This document shows, in pieces, positions 1 through 9,678 of a DNA stretch of 61,886 nt. How positions within the stretch are numbered: position 1 is the stretch's first letter; the number at the start of each line of letters is the position of its first letter. Origin of the DNA: Victivallales bacterium (GTDB taxonomy: Bacteria > Verrucomicrobiota > Lentisphaeria > Victivallales > UBA1829); assembly GCA_045612485.1 (NCBI GenBank), contig JAZKZE010000067.1, positions 1 through 61,886 on the forward strand. The letters are read 5' to 3'. Under the pieces are notes generated by a model. The model searched no databases. It was given only the letters and a program-made list of their open reading frames with translations, and had not been told where the DNA came from. The position numbers and the translations under genes are program-made.

Positions 1-1
1 G

Positions 2-607
2 TTCCACATCAAAGATCAATGCGGCGTTGGGAGGGATGGCTCCGGGGGCACCGCGTTCGCCATAAGCAAGACGGGAGGGGATGAAGAAACGGTATTTTGC
101 TCCTTCAGCCATAAGCTGCAAGCCTTCGGTCCAGCCGGGGATCACCTGGTTCAAGCCGAATTCCGCAGGTTCGCCCCGCTGTACGGAACTGTCAAAGACC
201 TGACCGTTGAGGAGTTTGCCTGTATAATGGACTCTGACTTTGGTGGTGGGACCGGGTTTGGCTCCGTTACCTTCGGAAAGAACTTCATACTGAAGTCCGC
301 TGGCCGTTTCTTTGACGCCTTCTTTTGCTTTGTTGGCGGCAAGGAATTCTTTTTCAGCAGCGATGTTCTTTTCAGCGGCTTTGGCAGCGTGTTCTTTGGC
401 AGCTTCCTGAAGTTTCTGCTGAAGTTCACGCATGGATTTACCGTAATCATCAGGAGAAAGAGCCGGTTTGCTGGTGAGAAAATCGGTAAAGCCATCCAGC
501 ACCATCTGGGGATCGACGTGCATGGGAAGTGTCGCCACATGTTCGCCCATATTCATTCCCAGAGCGTAGCTCAGGCGGTCGAGATCGTTTGCAAATTCTT
601 TTGCCAT
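2..607 (-). CDS. FKBP-type peptidyl-prolyl cis-trans isomerase (FklB/FkpA/Mip family), 3' end cut by the window edge
   Basis: Not in the ORF track; translated by hand: [21 protein letters not shown]...[11 protein letters not shown]...[18 protein letters not shown]...[12 protein letters not shown]...[17 protein letters not shown] (FKBP_N + FKBP_C). Confidence 0.93.
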   Translation of the reverse strand, partial: MAKEFANDLDRLSYALGMNMGEHVATLPMHVDPQMVLDGFTDFLTSKPALSPDDYGKSMRELQQKLQEAAKEHAAKAAEKNIAAEKEFLAANKAKEGVKETASGLQYEVLSEGNGAKPGPTTKVRVHYTGKLLNGQVFDSSVQRGEPAEFGLNQVIPGWTEGLQLMAEGAKYRFFIPSRLAYGERGAPGAIPPNAALIFDVE

Positions 608-649
608 GATTTGTTTCCTTTTATTGTTTGTTATACCGTTACGGTCATT

Positions 650-2491
650 TTATTTTATAACAGCAATTGCTGTATTCACATTTCCGAAGGGGGCGCTTAT
701 CTGTACACCAGCCACTTTATTGCGGATCGCCTGTACTGCTTCTCTTGCAATGGCGATCCCTTCCTCTCTCTGGGCTTCCTTTGTATCCGCCTTTTTCATT
801 CTTTCCATGACGGAATCCGGTACGACTACACCGGGAACTTCATTACGCATGAATTCCGCATTCCTGTAACTGGCAAGGGGCCAGATGCCGGCAATAACAG
901 GAATATCCGCCAGACCGGGGACAGCATCAATGAAACGCAAAAGAGGTTCAATATCAAAGACAGGCTGGGTGGTGATGAATTCTGCCCCCGCATCTATTTT
1001 TTCCTGAGTACGGCGGATCTCCCGTTTCATATCAATAGCATTGGGATCGGCACCGGCACCGGAAACAGCAAAAGTTTTTTCTCCGATGGATTTGCCGCCT
1101 ATATCTATGCCGCAGTTCAGATTTTTCTGGACTTTGAGCATCCCTATGGAATCCAGATCGAATACGCCGGAAGCAAAAGGATAATTCCCCAGTTTGGGCG
1201 GATCGCCGGTAATAAAGAGAAGATCATGGATCCCCAGGGCAGCACAGCCCAGAAGTTCCGCCTGCAATCCGATAAGATTTCTGTCACGGCAGCAGACATG
1301 CAATATCACATCTATATTTGCTTCCTGTTTGATCCGGTATGCCGCTACCATAGCGGATACACGGGAGCTGGCTCTGGGACCGTCGGGAATATTGACCGCA
1401 TCAAATCCTGCTTCGGCACACAGTCTGGCATTTTTAATGGTCTTTTCCAGAGAGTAGCCCATGGGGGGAGTGATCTCAATATTGGTGATCCATTTTCCTG
1501 CTTTAAGTTTTGCTCCCAGCGGGGAGCGTTCCTCAAGGGGGGCTTCTTCCAGAACCGGTACAGAAGCATTCTGTGAAGCGGAAAATACATGAGAGGCACT
1601 TCCGGCTGCCCGGGCAAGAGGTTTCACACTGCGTGCCATATCCTTAATATGTTCCGGTCCTGTTCCGCAGCATCCGCCGATCCCTCTTGCTCCAAGATTG
1701 AGCATACGGATGGCATAGGTGGTAAAGTATTCAGGACTGCACATATAGATCATACGGTTATCCACTCTTTTGGGAACGCCCGCATTGGGCTGGGCGATCA
1801 CAGGAAGAGTACATTTGGGGAGGATAAGTTCCATTGCTGTAAGCATCCCTTCCGGACCTGTTCCGCAGTTGAGACCGATCGCTTCCGGAGCTTTTTCTGC
1901 GGAGGAGGCTTTTGCGATCAGGGCAAGTACCTTTTCTGCGGAAAGGGCGGGATCGGCAGAATCCAGAGCAAAACTGGTAATAAAGGGAAGAAGGGGAAAC
2001 TCCTTCATGGTAAGCAATACGGCTTCCAGATCCCCGGGGTGACGCAGAGATTCAAAAATAAGAAAATCCACCCCTTCCTCTTTCTGGGCGGAGATCTGCT
2101 CATAAAGATATTCCACGATCCTTGCCGGATCTCCTTTGGCATCATCTGCAAGATGTTCCCCTACGGGACCGACGGAACCGGCAACAAGAAGGTCATCCCC
2201 GGCAACTTCCCTTGCAATGCGTACGGAGGCGGCATTGATCTCCTTAACTTTGTCGCCCAGCAAAAATTTATTGAGCTGGGGAAAATTGGCGCAGTAGGTA
2301 TTGGTCGTCAGGACTTCCGAACCGGCATGTTTATAAGATTCATGGATCTCTTTAATGATCGCCGGGGAAGAAAGGGAGAGATTTTCGAAAGAGGTATTGA
2401 TAAAGAAATTACGTTTATAGAGTTCTGTCCCCATGGCACCGTCAAAAATAAGAGTGCGTTCAGATAGGGCCTTATTGAGTTTGTTATCCAT
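650..2491 (-). CDS. Bifunctional homocysteine S-methyltransferase / 5,10-methylenetetrahydrofolate reductase (YitJ-like)
   Basis: FDGAMGT, GLNC and GGCCGT Zn ligands; C-terminal MTHFR domain (EITPP, ITGDPP, FITTQPVFD). Start moved to MDNKLN. Confidence 0.92.
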   Translation of the reverse strand: MDNKLNKALSERTLIFDGAMGTELYKRNFFINTSFENLSLSSPAIIKEIHESYKHAGSEVLTTNTYCANFPQLNKFLLGDKVKEINAASVRIAREVAGDDLLVAGSVGPVGEHLADDAKGDPARIVEYLYEQISAQKEEGVDFLIFESLRHPGDLEAVLLTMKEFPLLPFITSFALDSADPALSAEKVLALIAKASSAEKAPEAIGLNCGTGPEGMLTAMELILPKCTLPVIAQPNAGVPKRVDNRMIYMCSPEYFTTYAIRMLNLGARGIGGCCGTGPEHIKDMARSVKPLARAAGSASHVFSASQNASVPVLEEAPLEERSPLGAKLKAGKWITNIEITPPMGYSLEKTIKNARLCAEAGFDAVNIPDGPRASSRVSAMVAAYRIKQEANIDVILHVCCRDRNLIGLQAELLGCAALGIHDLLFITGDPPKLGNYPFASGVFDLDSIGMLKVQKNLNCGIDIGGKSIGEKTFAVSGAGADPNAIDMKREIRRTQEKIDAGAEFITTQPVFDIEPLLRFIDAVPGLADIPVIAGIWPLASYRNAEFMRNEVPGVVVPDSVMERMKKADTKEAQREEGIAIAREAVQAIRNKVAGVQISAPFGNVNTAIAVIK

Positions 2492-2647
2492 AACAGATCC
2501 TTTATATGGCACAGTTATGCCGGGTTGACTTGTAATATTTTCAGATGTAATATACTCTTTTCTGCTGATTTTTACAAGGCGTGTATTCTGTAAAAACCTT
2601 CTTTCATGTAAAATAGCAGGGAAAATCTGCAAAGAAGAAGAAAAAAT

Positions 2648-2676
2648 TTGAAAAAAACTCTTTGTCAGTATATAGT
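2648..2676 (+). promoter_or_regulatory. Putative sigma70 promoter of pepF
   Basis: TTGAAA-N17-TATAGT, then a GGAAAGGA Shine-Dalgarno. Confidence 0.45.
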
Positions 2677-2712
2677 AACAATCGAACTCTGTAAACAGGA
2701 AAGGACTGAAAA

Positions 2713-4503
2713 ATGGAAAAAGTGAAAAAACGTTCCCAGGTGGCTCCGGAGTTGAGCTGGGATCTTGAAAAATTATATGCCAATGCTGATGAATGGGAAA
2801 AGGAATTTGTTACTCTTGAAGGATTGCTGGAAAAATTCCTTGCTTATAAGGGGCGTCTGTCTGAATCGGCACAGACTTTGTTTGACGCATACAAAGCATC
2901 CGATGATTTTGAGATCGTTCTCGACCGCCTCTATACTTATGCCCATCTGAAAAGTGATGAAGATACGGCGGACAGTGTGAATAAATCCCGCCTTGACCGT
3001 ATCAGCGAAAAGGCTGCGGTGTTTTCTTCTCAATGTGCATGGTTCTCCCCGGAATTATCGTCAATGGATGAAGAAAGATTCGAGTCTTTCCGCAATGATC
3101 CGGTGCTTGCTTTTTATAAACGCTCCCTGGATAATGAGGCAAGATACCGTCCTCATATCCTTTCCGCACCGGAAGAAAAGATCCTTGCAAGAAGCGGCAA
3201 TGTTCTGAATACCGCTTCCAGCGTCTTTTCAGCTTTCAATGATGCGGATTTAAGGTTTCCTTCCATAAAGACTTCCGACGGGAAAAAAGTGGAAGTCACC
3301 CACGGTAATTACATCACCCTTATGCAGTCTCCTGACCGGAAAGTGCGGAAAAGTGCCTTCAAATCTCTTTACAAGGTCTATCACTCTTTCCGCAATACCC
3401 TTGCATCCACTTTGTATGCCAATACGAAGAAAAATATCCTTTCTGCGGAATTGAGAAGAATGGAAAGTGCCAGAAGTGCCTCTCTCTTTTCCGACAATAT
3501 CCCTTTGAGCGTGTATGATTCCCTTATTGATGCCGTGCATGATAAAATCGGCTATCTGCATAAATATATGAGGATCCGTTCCCGGGAACTGGGGTTGAAA
3601 AAACTGGATATGTATGATATGTATAATCCCCTTATTCCGGAATGTGATCTTTCTGTAAGCTGGCCTGATGCTGTAAAATATGTAAAAGAAGCCCTTGCCC
3701 CGCTGGGGGAAGAGTACGGCAGGATCGCAGAAAAAGCCTTTGCGGAACGCTGGATGGATGTGGATGAAAACCGGGGCAAACGTTCCGGAGCATATTCCGG
3801 TGGATGCTATGGAAGTATGCCCTATATCCTGATGACTTTCAAAGGGAATCTTTCCAGTGTTTCCACACTGGCACATGAACTGGGACACTCCATCCACAGT
3901 TATCTTTCCCATGCCAATCAGCCTTATCATTATGCGTATTACAAGATCTTTGTTGCGGAAGTAGCCTCCACCACCAATGAGATACTGCAGCATGAGTACC
4001 TTATGAAAAATGCCTCTTCCGACAAGGTGAAAGCATATCTGCTCAATCAGCTTCTGGATGAAGCAAGAGCTACTCTTTACCGTCAGACCATGTTTGCGGA
4101 ATTTGAAAGAAGTATTTATGATAATGCTGCAAAAGGGGTTCCCCTTACTGCCGATAAACTGGAAGAGATCTATTTTGATCTCAATAAATTCTATCACGGG
4201 AAAGAAGTGAAACCCGACCGCCTTATTGCTTCAGAATGGTCAAGGATCCCCCATTTCTACCGCAGTTTCTATGTGTATAAATATGCCACAGGATTTTCCG
4301 CGGCAGTTGCTCTTTCGAGAAACATCCTTGCGGGGAATACGGAACCTTATTTATCCTTCCTGAAAGCCGGCGGCTCAAAAGATGTTCTGGATATCATGAA
4401 GGATGCCGGAGTGGATTTCACCACAAAAGAACCGGTCATTTCCGCACTGGAATATTTCAATGACAGACTGGAAGCCTTTGATCATATCCTGAAAAATAAA
4501 TAA
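2713..4503 (+). CDS. pepF: Oligoendopeptidase F (M3B)
   Basis: WDLEKLY N-terminus, GKRSGAY, HELGH zinc motif, AEVAS, WSRIPHFY. Confidence 0.95.
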   Translation: MEKVKKRSQVAPELSWDLEKLYANADEWEKEFVTLEGLLEKFLAYKGRLSESAQTLFDAYKASDDFEIVLDRLYTYAHLKSDEDTADSVNKSRLDRISEKAAVFSSQCAWFSPELSSMDEERFESFRNDPVLAFYKRSLDNEARYRPHILSAPEEKILARSGNVLNTASSVFSAFNDADLRFPSIKTSDGKKVEVTHGNYITLMQSPDRKVRKSAFKSLYKVYHSFRNTLASTLYANTKKNILSAELRRMESARSASLFSDNIPLSVYDSLIDAVHDKIGYLHKYMRIRSRELGLKKLDMYDMYNPLIPECDLSVSWPDAVKYVKEALAPLGEEYGRIAEKAFAERWMDVDENRGKRSGAYSGGCYGSMPYILMTFKGNLSSVSTLAHELGHSIHSYLSHANQPYHYAYYKIFVAEVASTTNEILQHEYLMKNASSDKVKAYLLNQLLDEARATLYRQTMFAEFERSIYDNAAKGVPLTADKLEEIYFDLNKFYHGKEVKPDRLIASEWSRIPHFYRSFYVYKYATGFSAAVALSRNILAGNTEPYLSFLKAGGSKDVLDIMKDAGVDFTTKEPVISALEYFNDRLEAFDHILKNK

Positions 4504-4523
4504 AAAAGGCTCCAGACGGATAT

Positions 4524-4558
4524 AAAAAAGGAACTGCTGCAAAACAGTTCCTTTTTTT
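4524..4558. terminator. Bidirectional intrinsic terminator
   Basis: AAAAAAGGAACTG-loop-CAGTTCCTTTTTTT between convergent genes. Confidence 0.8.
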
Positions 4559-4578
4559 GTGTATATACAAAGGAATTT

Positions 4579-5328
4579 TTATTTTCCTGTAAATGAAAAT
4601 TGTGCAGATCCTTTTACTGTTACAGGGACAGAATCTTTCTGTGCGGAAAAGTGCAGTACAGGAAGTTTAATCTTCATATTTTTGAATGTGAGCAGTGCGT
4701 TCTGCATTTCGATATCCAGAGCACAGTTATCCAACTGTACTTTACCTTTTTTCAGATTTTCTGCCAATTCTTCTGCCTCATGGAAAAGGGTTTGCAGAAC
4801 TTTCTTTTTCATGCCGGAAATGATTTTTGCATCATCTTTTATCCCATATATGACGGCACTTGCGGAATTATTGCTGAAGTAAGCGGGAACACCGCAGAAA
4901 AGCCGGAGATTATTTTTGATGGCAAGGTCTGACAATTTGATGGCGAGGGTTTCATCCGGGGAAAAGGAGAGCAGAAATGTTTTTCTTATACAGGGCTGGA
5001 ATGCTGTATCGTCCCGGTAGGGGTCATTATTTTTCCCCCCGATGCTTTCCGTACTGGAAGTGTATTTTACAGAAGGATATTCTTTTTTCAATGCTTCAAG
5101 GAACTGTTTTTCTTTTGCGTCTATCCGGGCTTTTGTTTCCTGCATATTATAGGAACTTTCTTCCAGATAGAGCAGAAGAAATGCTGTATCGGCAGGAAAA
5201 TTCATTTCCAGTTTTGTGCTGAAGGAACACGCAGGAAAACTTTTCTTTTTTCCCTCATTTCCGTTAAGGGGAAGAAGTGTTGCCGCAGAGAGAAAAACAG
5301 CAATAAAAAGCATCATAAAATTTTTCAT
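4579..5328 (-). CDS. Secreted protein, possibly SIMPL (DUF541)-like
   Basis: Signal peptide; (F)PADTAFLLL strand followed by a long helix; C-terminal VTVKGSAQF pattern. Confidence 0.5.
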   Translation of the reverse strand: MKNFMMLFIAVFLSAATLLPLNGNEGKKKSFPACSFSTKLEMNFPADTAFLLLYLEESSYNMQETKARIDAKEKQFLEALKKEYPSVKYTSSTESIGGKNNDPYRDDTAFQPCIRKTFLLSFSPDETLAIKLSDLAIKNNLRLFCGVPAYFSNNSASAVIYGIKDDAKIISGMKKKVLQTLFHEAEELAENLKKGKVQLDNCALDIEMQNALLTFKNMKIKLPVLHFSAQKDSVPVTVKGSAQFSFTGK

Positions 5329-5514
5329 TTGTATTTCCTTGTTTTTTGTGGGGAAAGCTGTATTGCGAACATACTTGCCATACCATTGGAATTTGGAAAA
5401 TGCAAGCAGAAAAATGAAAAAACAGTAATTTATTTGACGTGTTTGTTATGATTGAACAGTTCGTGTTTATTTCATAATCTTGTCGTACTGCGGCTTCCAG
5501 TTAAATCAAAAAAA

Positions 5515-5630
5515 GCCGTATTGATTTTGCCTCAGCAAAACAATACGGCGGAAAAAGTTTTTGAAAGAAAAAGGGGAGTAAAGAGGGGGAAAGGAGATCT
5601 TTTTTCAAAAAGTCTTATTTCCCCCTTTTT
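5515..5630. repeat. Extragenic palindromic element with two hairpins; may also act as a terminator
   Basis: GCCGTATTG..TTTTGC-CTCA-GCAAAA-CAATACGGC (5515-5549), then AAAGTTTTTGAAAG..GGGGGAAA..CTTTTTTCAAAAAG..TTTCCCCC. Confidence 0.55.
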
Positions 5631-5653
5631 ATGCTTTTCCCTTTTCCTGTTTT

Positions 5654-6964
5654 TTACAGATCTTTACTGGATTTGACCTGATTGATTTTGTCAATGATTT
5701 TGACATATTCGGGAATGGGGAGGAGATCTTTCTTTCTGGCGGCGATCTCTTTTGCGGGAGCGGCGTCACCAAAGAGGAGTTCCATTGCGGCAGTGGCACT
5801 CAAAAGAGAACTCTTTACATAGGCACTTTCTTTATCAGAAATATAATAATCTATGCCGTGGGAAGTTCCGCTTCCGCCGGGGGCATAACAGTGAACGGCG
5901 GGGATCACGGTGGCGATATCGCCCATGTCGGTACAGCTGGCAAGGAAGGTGCGGTTGTAGTTATAGTCGATGCCGGGGAAGAGCTCTTCGGCAAGATTGC
6001 CTATGAATTTGCCCAGAACAGGGTCATCCAGAAGCGGCATATAGCCGTTGAGGGTTTCCACAGTAGCTTCACATTCCACAGCTTTTGCTGCATGGAGAAC
6101 CGCATTGTCAAAGCGTTCGTTGAGGGCAAGGATCGTTTCCAGGGATGGGGCGCGCAGCATATATTCCATGGTCACATTGTCAGGAATGATGTTGATGGAA
6201 TCTCCTCCATTGGAAATGATGCCGTGGATACGGATATTTCCGTCATTGCAGAAATATTCCCTGAGCATGGCAATGGCGTTGAGGGCGAGAGTTGCGGCAT
6301 TAAGGGCATTTTTCCCGTTCTGGGGTCTTGCCGCATGACAGCTTTTTCCGTGGAAAATGATTTTTTTATTGACACAGCCATTGTGATCGATATAACCCCA
6401 CTGACTGCTCAAATGGTGCATATAGGAGAGATCCACATCATCAAAGACACCTTCCCGGAGCATCTGGGATTTTCCGGCAATGGAGCCGATTTTCCCCTGT
6501 TCGATAAGGCTTTTGCGGTAATCCATTTCAATACCTTCTTCGGCAGGGGTGGCGATAAGGGCGATCTTGCCGCACATGTGTTCCAGTACACCGGATTTGA
6601 TAAGACCGATGGCAGTACCGATAAGGTTTGCAGCACTGGCATTGTGTCCGCAGGAGTGGACGGCACCGGTGGTTTTGTCACATTCGGGATGGTTGGGGAG
6701 GATAAGGGAATCCAGTTCGCCCAGAATGGCAAGAGTGGGACCTTCTTTTCCTGTATCAATATCAGCCCGCAGACCGGTCATGGCAAGATCTCTTTTTACG
6801 GTAAGTCCCAGTTTTTCCAGTTTTTCAGCAACGAAGTTGGAAGTTTTCACTTCTCTGTAACCGGGTTCGGGATTTTTCCAGATGTGATCGCCGATGGCAA
6901 TAATTTCTTCCGCATGGGCGCCAATGACGTTTTTGATGGCAAGACGGGCTGTTTTCTGATCCAT
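5654..6964 (-). CDS. M20-family amidohydrolase (AbgB-like)
   Basis: NPEPGYRE, ELDSL, HSCGHN, PAEE, GKSCHAA..P..GKNAL, CTDMGD. Confidence 0.9.
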   Translation of the reverse strand: MDQKTARLAIKNVIGAHAEEIIAIGDHIWKNPEPGYREVKTSNFVAEKLEKLGLTVKRDLAMTGLRADIDTGKEGPTLAILGELDSLILPNHPECDKTTGAVHSCGHNASAANLIGTAIGLIKSGVLEHMCGKIALIATPAEEGIEMDYRKSLIEQGKIGSIAGKSQMLREGVFDDVDLSYMHHLSSQWGYIDHNGCVNKKIIFHGKSCHAARPQNGKNALNAATLALNAIAMLREYFCNDGNIRIHGIISNGGDSINIIPDNVTMEYMLRAPSLETILALNERFDNAVLHAAKAVECEATVETLNGYMPLLDDPVLGKFIGNLAEELFPGIDYNYNRTFLASCTDMGDIATVIPAVHCYAPGGSGTSHGIDYYISDKESAYVKSSLLSATAAMELLFGDAAPAKEIAARKKDLLPIPEYVKIIDKINQVKSSKDL

Positions 6965-6987
6965 TTGATCTCTCCATTATTTGAATT

Positions 6988-7347
6988 TTAACAGGAATGT
7001 TTCTTTCTGGTGATGGATAAGGCAATACTGTCTGCTTTCAAAGCAGCGTTCTTTTTATCAATGGTAACACTTACTTCCTGCACTCTTTCAAAGGCAAGGA
7101 TCTTTTCTGCGATCTTTTCCGCCAGAGCTTCCAGAAGGAAAAAGGAGGAATTTTCCACAAGGGAGATCACAAGATTTTCCACTTCCCGGTAGTTGACGGA
7201 ATAAGAAAGATCATCACTTTTTCCGGCCCGGGAAAAGTCGCCGGAAAAAGCAATATTGAGCCGGAGCGGCTGCTTTTGAGTCCGTTCATGTTCCAGAGTG
7301 CCGATAATGGCATCCAGTACAAGATTACGGATGAAAATGGTATCCAT
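6988..7347 (-). CDS. folB: Dihydroneopterin aldolase
   Basis: MDTIFIRNL..IIG..EHER..KQ, SDDL..SVNY, LLEALAE. Confidence 0.92.
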   Translation of the reverse strand: MDTIFIRNLVLDAIIGTLEHERTQKQPLRLNIAFSGDFSRAGKSDDLSYSVNYREVENLVISLVENSSFFLLEALAEKIAEKILAFERVQEVSVTIDKKNAALKADSIALSITRKKHSC

Positions 7348-7362
7348 TTTCTTTTTTATTCC

Positions 7363-8463
7363 TTATTTGTTTTCGTTGGAACTTTTGAGATAGGCTTCCA
7401 CGAAGGGATCCAGATCCCCGTCCAGAACGGCATTGACGTTTCCTGTTTCATAATCTGTACGCAGGTCTTTCACCAGCTGATAGGGCTGAAGAACGTAGGA
7501 ACGGATCTGGTTGCCCCAGCCGATCTCACTTTTTTCCCCGGCGAGAGCAGCGGCGGCTTTTTTGCGTTCTTCTTCCGCCTTTTCATAAAGTCTTGCCTGG
7601 AGCATACGCATAGCCATGGCACGGTTTTTGTGCTGGGAGCGTTCCATCTGGCAGGCAACCACGATCCCGGTGGGGATATGTGTGATACGCACGGCGGAGT
7701 CGGTACGGTTCACATACTGTCCTCCGGCACCGCTGGCACGGTAGGTATCCACCTTCAGATCTTTTTCGTCGATCTCGATTTCCAGGTCTTCATTGAGTTC
7801 CGGGAAGGCATCGGCAGAAGCAAAGGAGGTATGACGTCTGGCATTACTGTCAAAGGGGGAGATCCTCACCAGACGGTGGATGCCCCGTTCCGCCTTCAGA
7901 TAACCGTAGGCAAAATCGCCGGTAACTTTGAGGGTAACGCTTTTTACGCCGGCTTCTTCACCGGGCTGCAGGTCGATGATCTCATCTTTATAGCCTTTGC
8001 GTTCAAACCAGCGTCTGTACATACGCATAAGGATACCGCACCAGTCGCAGGCTTCTGTTCCGCCTGCACCGGAATGGATGAAGAAGAAACAGTTGTTGCG
8101 GTCGAATCTTCCGGAAAGGAAGCTGACAAGTTCCAGTTTATCCAGTTCGGCGGAAAGGGTTTTCCAGCTGTCATCCGCTTCGGTAAGGAGGGAATCATCT
8201 TCTTCGGCAAGTTCGCCCAGTGTCTTGAAATCCTCTACCAGCCCGGCAACCTGTTTATAGGGCTCCAGAAGGTTTTTATAGGAGGAAAGTTTCTGAACGG
8301 TTTCCTGTGCTTTTTCCTTGTCATCCCAGAAATCAGGGGCAGCCATGGTAGCTTCCACTTCGTTCATCTCTTTAATGTTCTGGTCGATCTTCAAAAACTC
8401 ATGCAGTTGCGCAAGTCTTTCCTCTGCTTCAGTGATTTTTGTCCTGATTTCTTCAATAATCAT
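7363..8463 (-). CDS. prfB: Peptide chain release factor 2, encoded in a single frame
   Basis: GAGGTEACDW, SPF tripeptide, GGQ, WGNQIRSYVLQPY. Start at MIIEEIR. Confidence 0.96.
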   Translation of the reverse strand: MIIEEIRTKITEAEERLAQLHEFLKIDQNIKEMNEVEATMAAPDFWDDKEKAQETVQKLSSYKNLLEPYKQVAGLVEDFKTLGELAEEDDSLLTEADDSWKTLSAELDKLELVSFLSGRFDRNNCFFFIHSGAGGTEACDWCGILMRMYRRWFERKGYKDEIIDLQPGEEAGVKSVTLKVTGDFAYGYLKAERGIHRLVRISPFDSNARRHTSFASADAFPELNEDLEIEIDEKDLKVDTYRASGAGGQYVNRTDSAVRITHIPTGIVVACQMERSQHKNRAMAMRMLQARLYEKAEEERKKAAAALAGEKSEIGWGNQIRSYVLQPYQLVKDLRTDYETGNVNAVLDGDLDPFVEAYLKSSNENK

Positions 8464-8569
8464 AAAATATTTTCCCGGAAATAGTGAAATTCTCAAAAAG
8501 TGTGTTATATTACCTTGACTATATAATTTAATTTAAAATATGTAAAAATCAAGCAAAGGAATAAAAATT

Positions 8570-9649
8570 ATGCTTTCAGATACCTCTCTATCGTTCCTTG
8601 AACGTTTCATGAACTGTAACGGCCCCTCCGGTTTTGAGTTCGAAGCTGCAGAGTGTTTCCGCAATTATGCGAAAGATTTTGCCCACAAAGTAACAACGGA
8701 TGTTATGGGCAATACCATTGCCGTACTCAATCCGGATGCCCCTTTCAAAGTCATGCTTGCCGGACATTACGACGAGATCGGTTTTCAGGTCACCTACATT
8801 ACAGAAGAAGGTTTTATCTGTTTCCGGCCTGTGGGCGGCGTGGATAAAAATACGGTTCCCGGACTGGAAGTCAATATCCTTACGGAAAAAGGACCTCTTC
8901 CCGGTGTCATCGGCAGGAAAGCCATTCATTTGCAGAGTCAGAAGGAAAGGGATACGCCTTCCGAATTCAAAGATCTCTGGATCGATACGGGTATTGAAGA
9001 CGGTGCAAAGGTGAAAGAACTCGTTACGGTCGGGGATGCTGTTTCCTTCCGTACCAATTATCACCGCGCCGGGGAAAACCGCATCGTTTCCAAATCCCTG
9101 GATGACAAGATCGGGGCATTTGTGGTCATTGAAGTATTGAAAAAACTTTCTTCCATGAATATTCCTGTGGGAGTCTATGCTGTGGGAACGACGCAGGAAG
9201 AGATCGGTACAAGAGGGGTAAAGACCTCCTCCTACGGTATTGATGCACAGGCGGGATTCTGCGTGGATGTGGGACATGCTACCGACGTGCCGGGTACCGA
9301 TAAAAAGACTGCCGGGGATGTGAAACTTGGCAACGGGCCCATTCTCACCCGCAATGCAGACAATAATCCTGTTCTTGTACGCAGAATGATGGAGGTGGCA
9401 AAGAAAAATTCCTTCCCCTTCCAGCTGGTCTGCGGCGGAAAGCCCACCGGAGGAACGGATACCGCTTCCATGCAGCTTGCCCGTGCGGGAATGGCGACAG
9501 CACTTATTTCCATCCCCAACCGTTATATGCATACTCCAGTGGAAATTTGCGACTTGCGGGATGTGGAAAATGCCATTAATATCATCGCTTCCACCATTGC
9601 CTCCTTTGATGGAAAAGATTCCTTCATACCGGGGATCGACGGAAAGTAA
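8570..9649 (+). CDS. M42-family metallo-aminopeptidase
   Basis: GPSGFE, GHYDEIG, LDDKIG, QEEIG, GGTD, RYMHTPVE. Confidence 0.92.
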   Translation: MLSDTSLSFLERFMNCNGPSGFEFEAAECFRNYAKDFAHKVTTDVMGNTIAVLNPDAPFKVMLAGHYDEIGFQVTYITEEGFICFRPVGGVDKNTVPGLEVNILTEKGPLPGVIGRKAIHLQSQKERDTPSEFKDLWIDTGIEDGAKVKELVTVGDAVSFRTNYHRAGENRIVSKSLDDKIGAFVVIEVLKKLSSMNIPVGVYAVGTTQEEIGTRGVKTSSYGIDAQAGFCVDVGHATDVPGTDKKTAGDVKLGNGPILTRNADNNPVLVRRMMEVAKKNSFPFQLVCGGKPTGGTDTASMQLARAGMATALISIPNRYMHTPVEICDLRDVENAINIIASTIASFDGKDSFIPGIDGK

Positions 9650-9678
9650 GAAAAATGTTTTGCAGGGCGGGGCAATAA

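Noticed and set aside
227-1576. 449-aa + strand ORF, and similar long ORFs at 5858-6991, 7276-8484, 37013-38500, 39104-41050, 48309-49619 and 57609-58805
   Set aside because: Antisense shadows of well-supported genes; no recognisable motifs.
2492-2632. SAM or cobalamin riboswitch ahead of the yitJ-like gene or metH
   Set aside because: No S-box or B12-box visible; the metH intergenic gap is only 33 bp.
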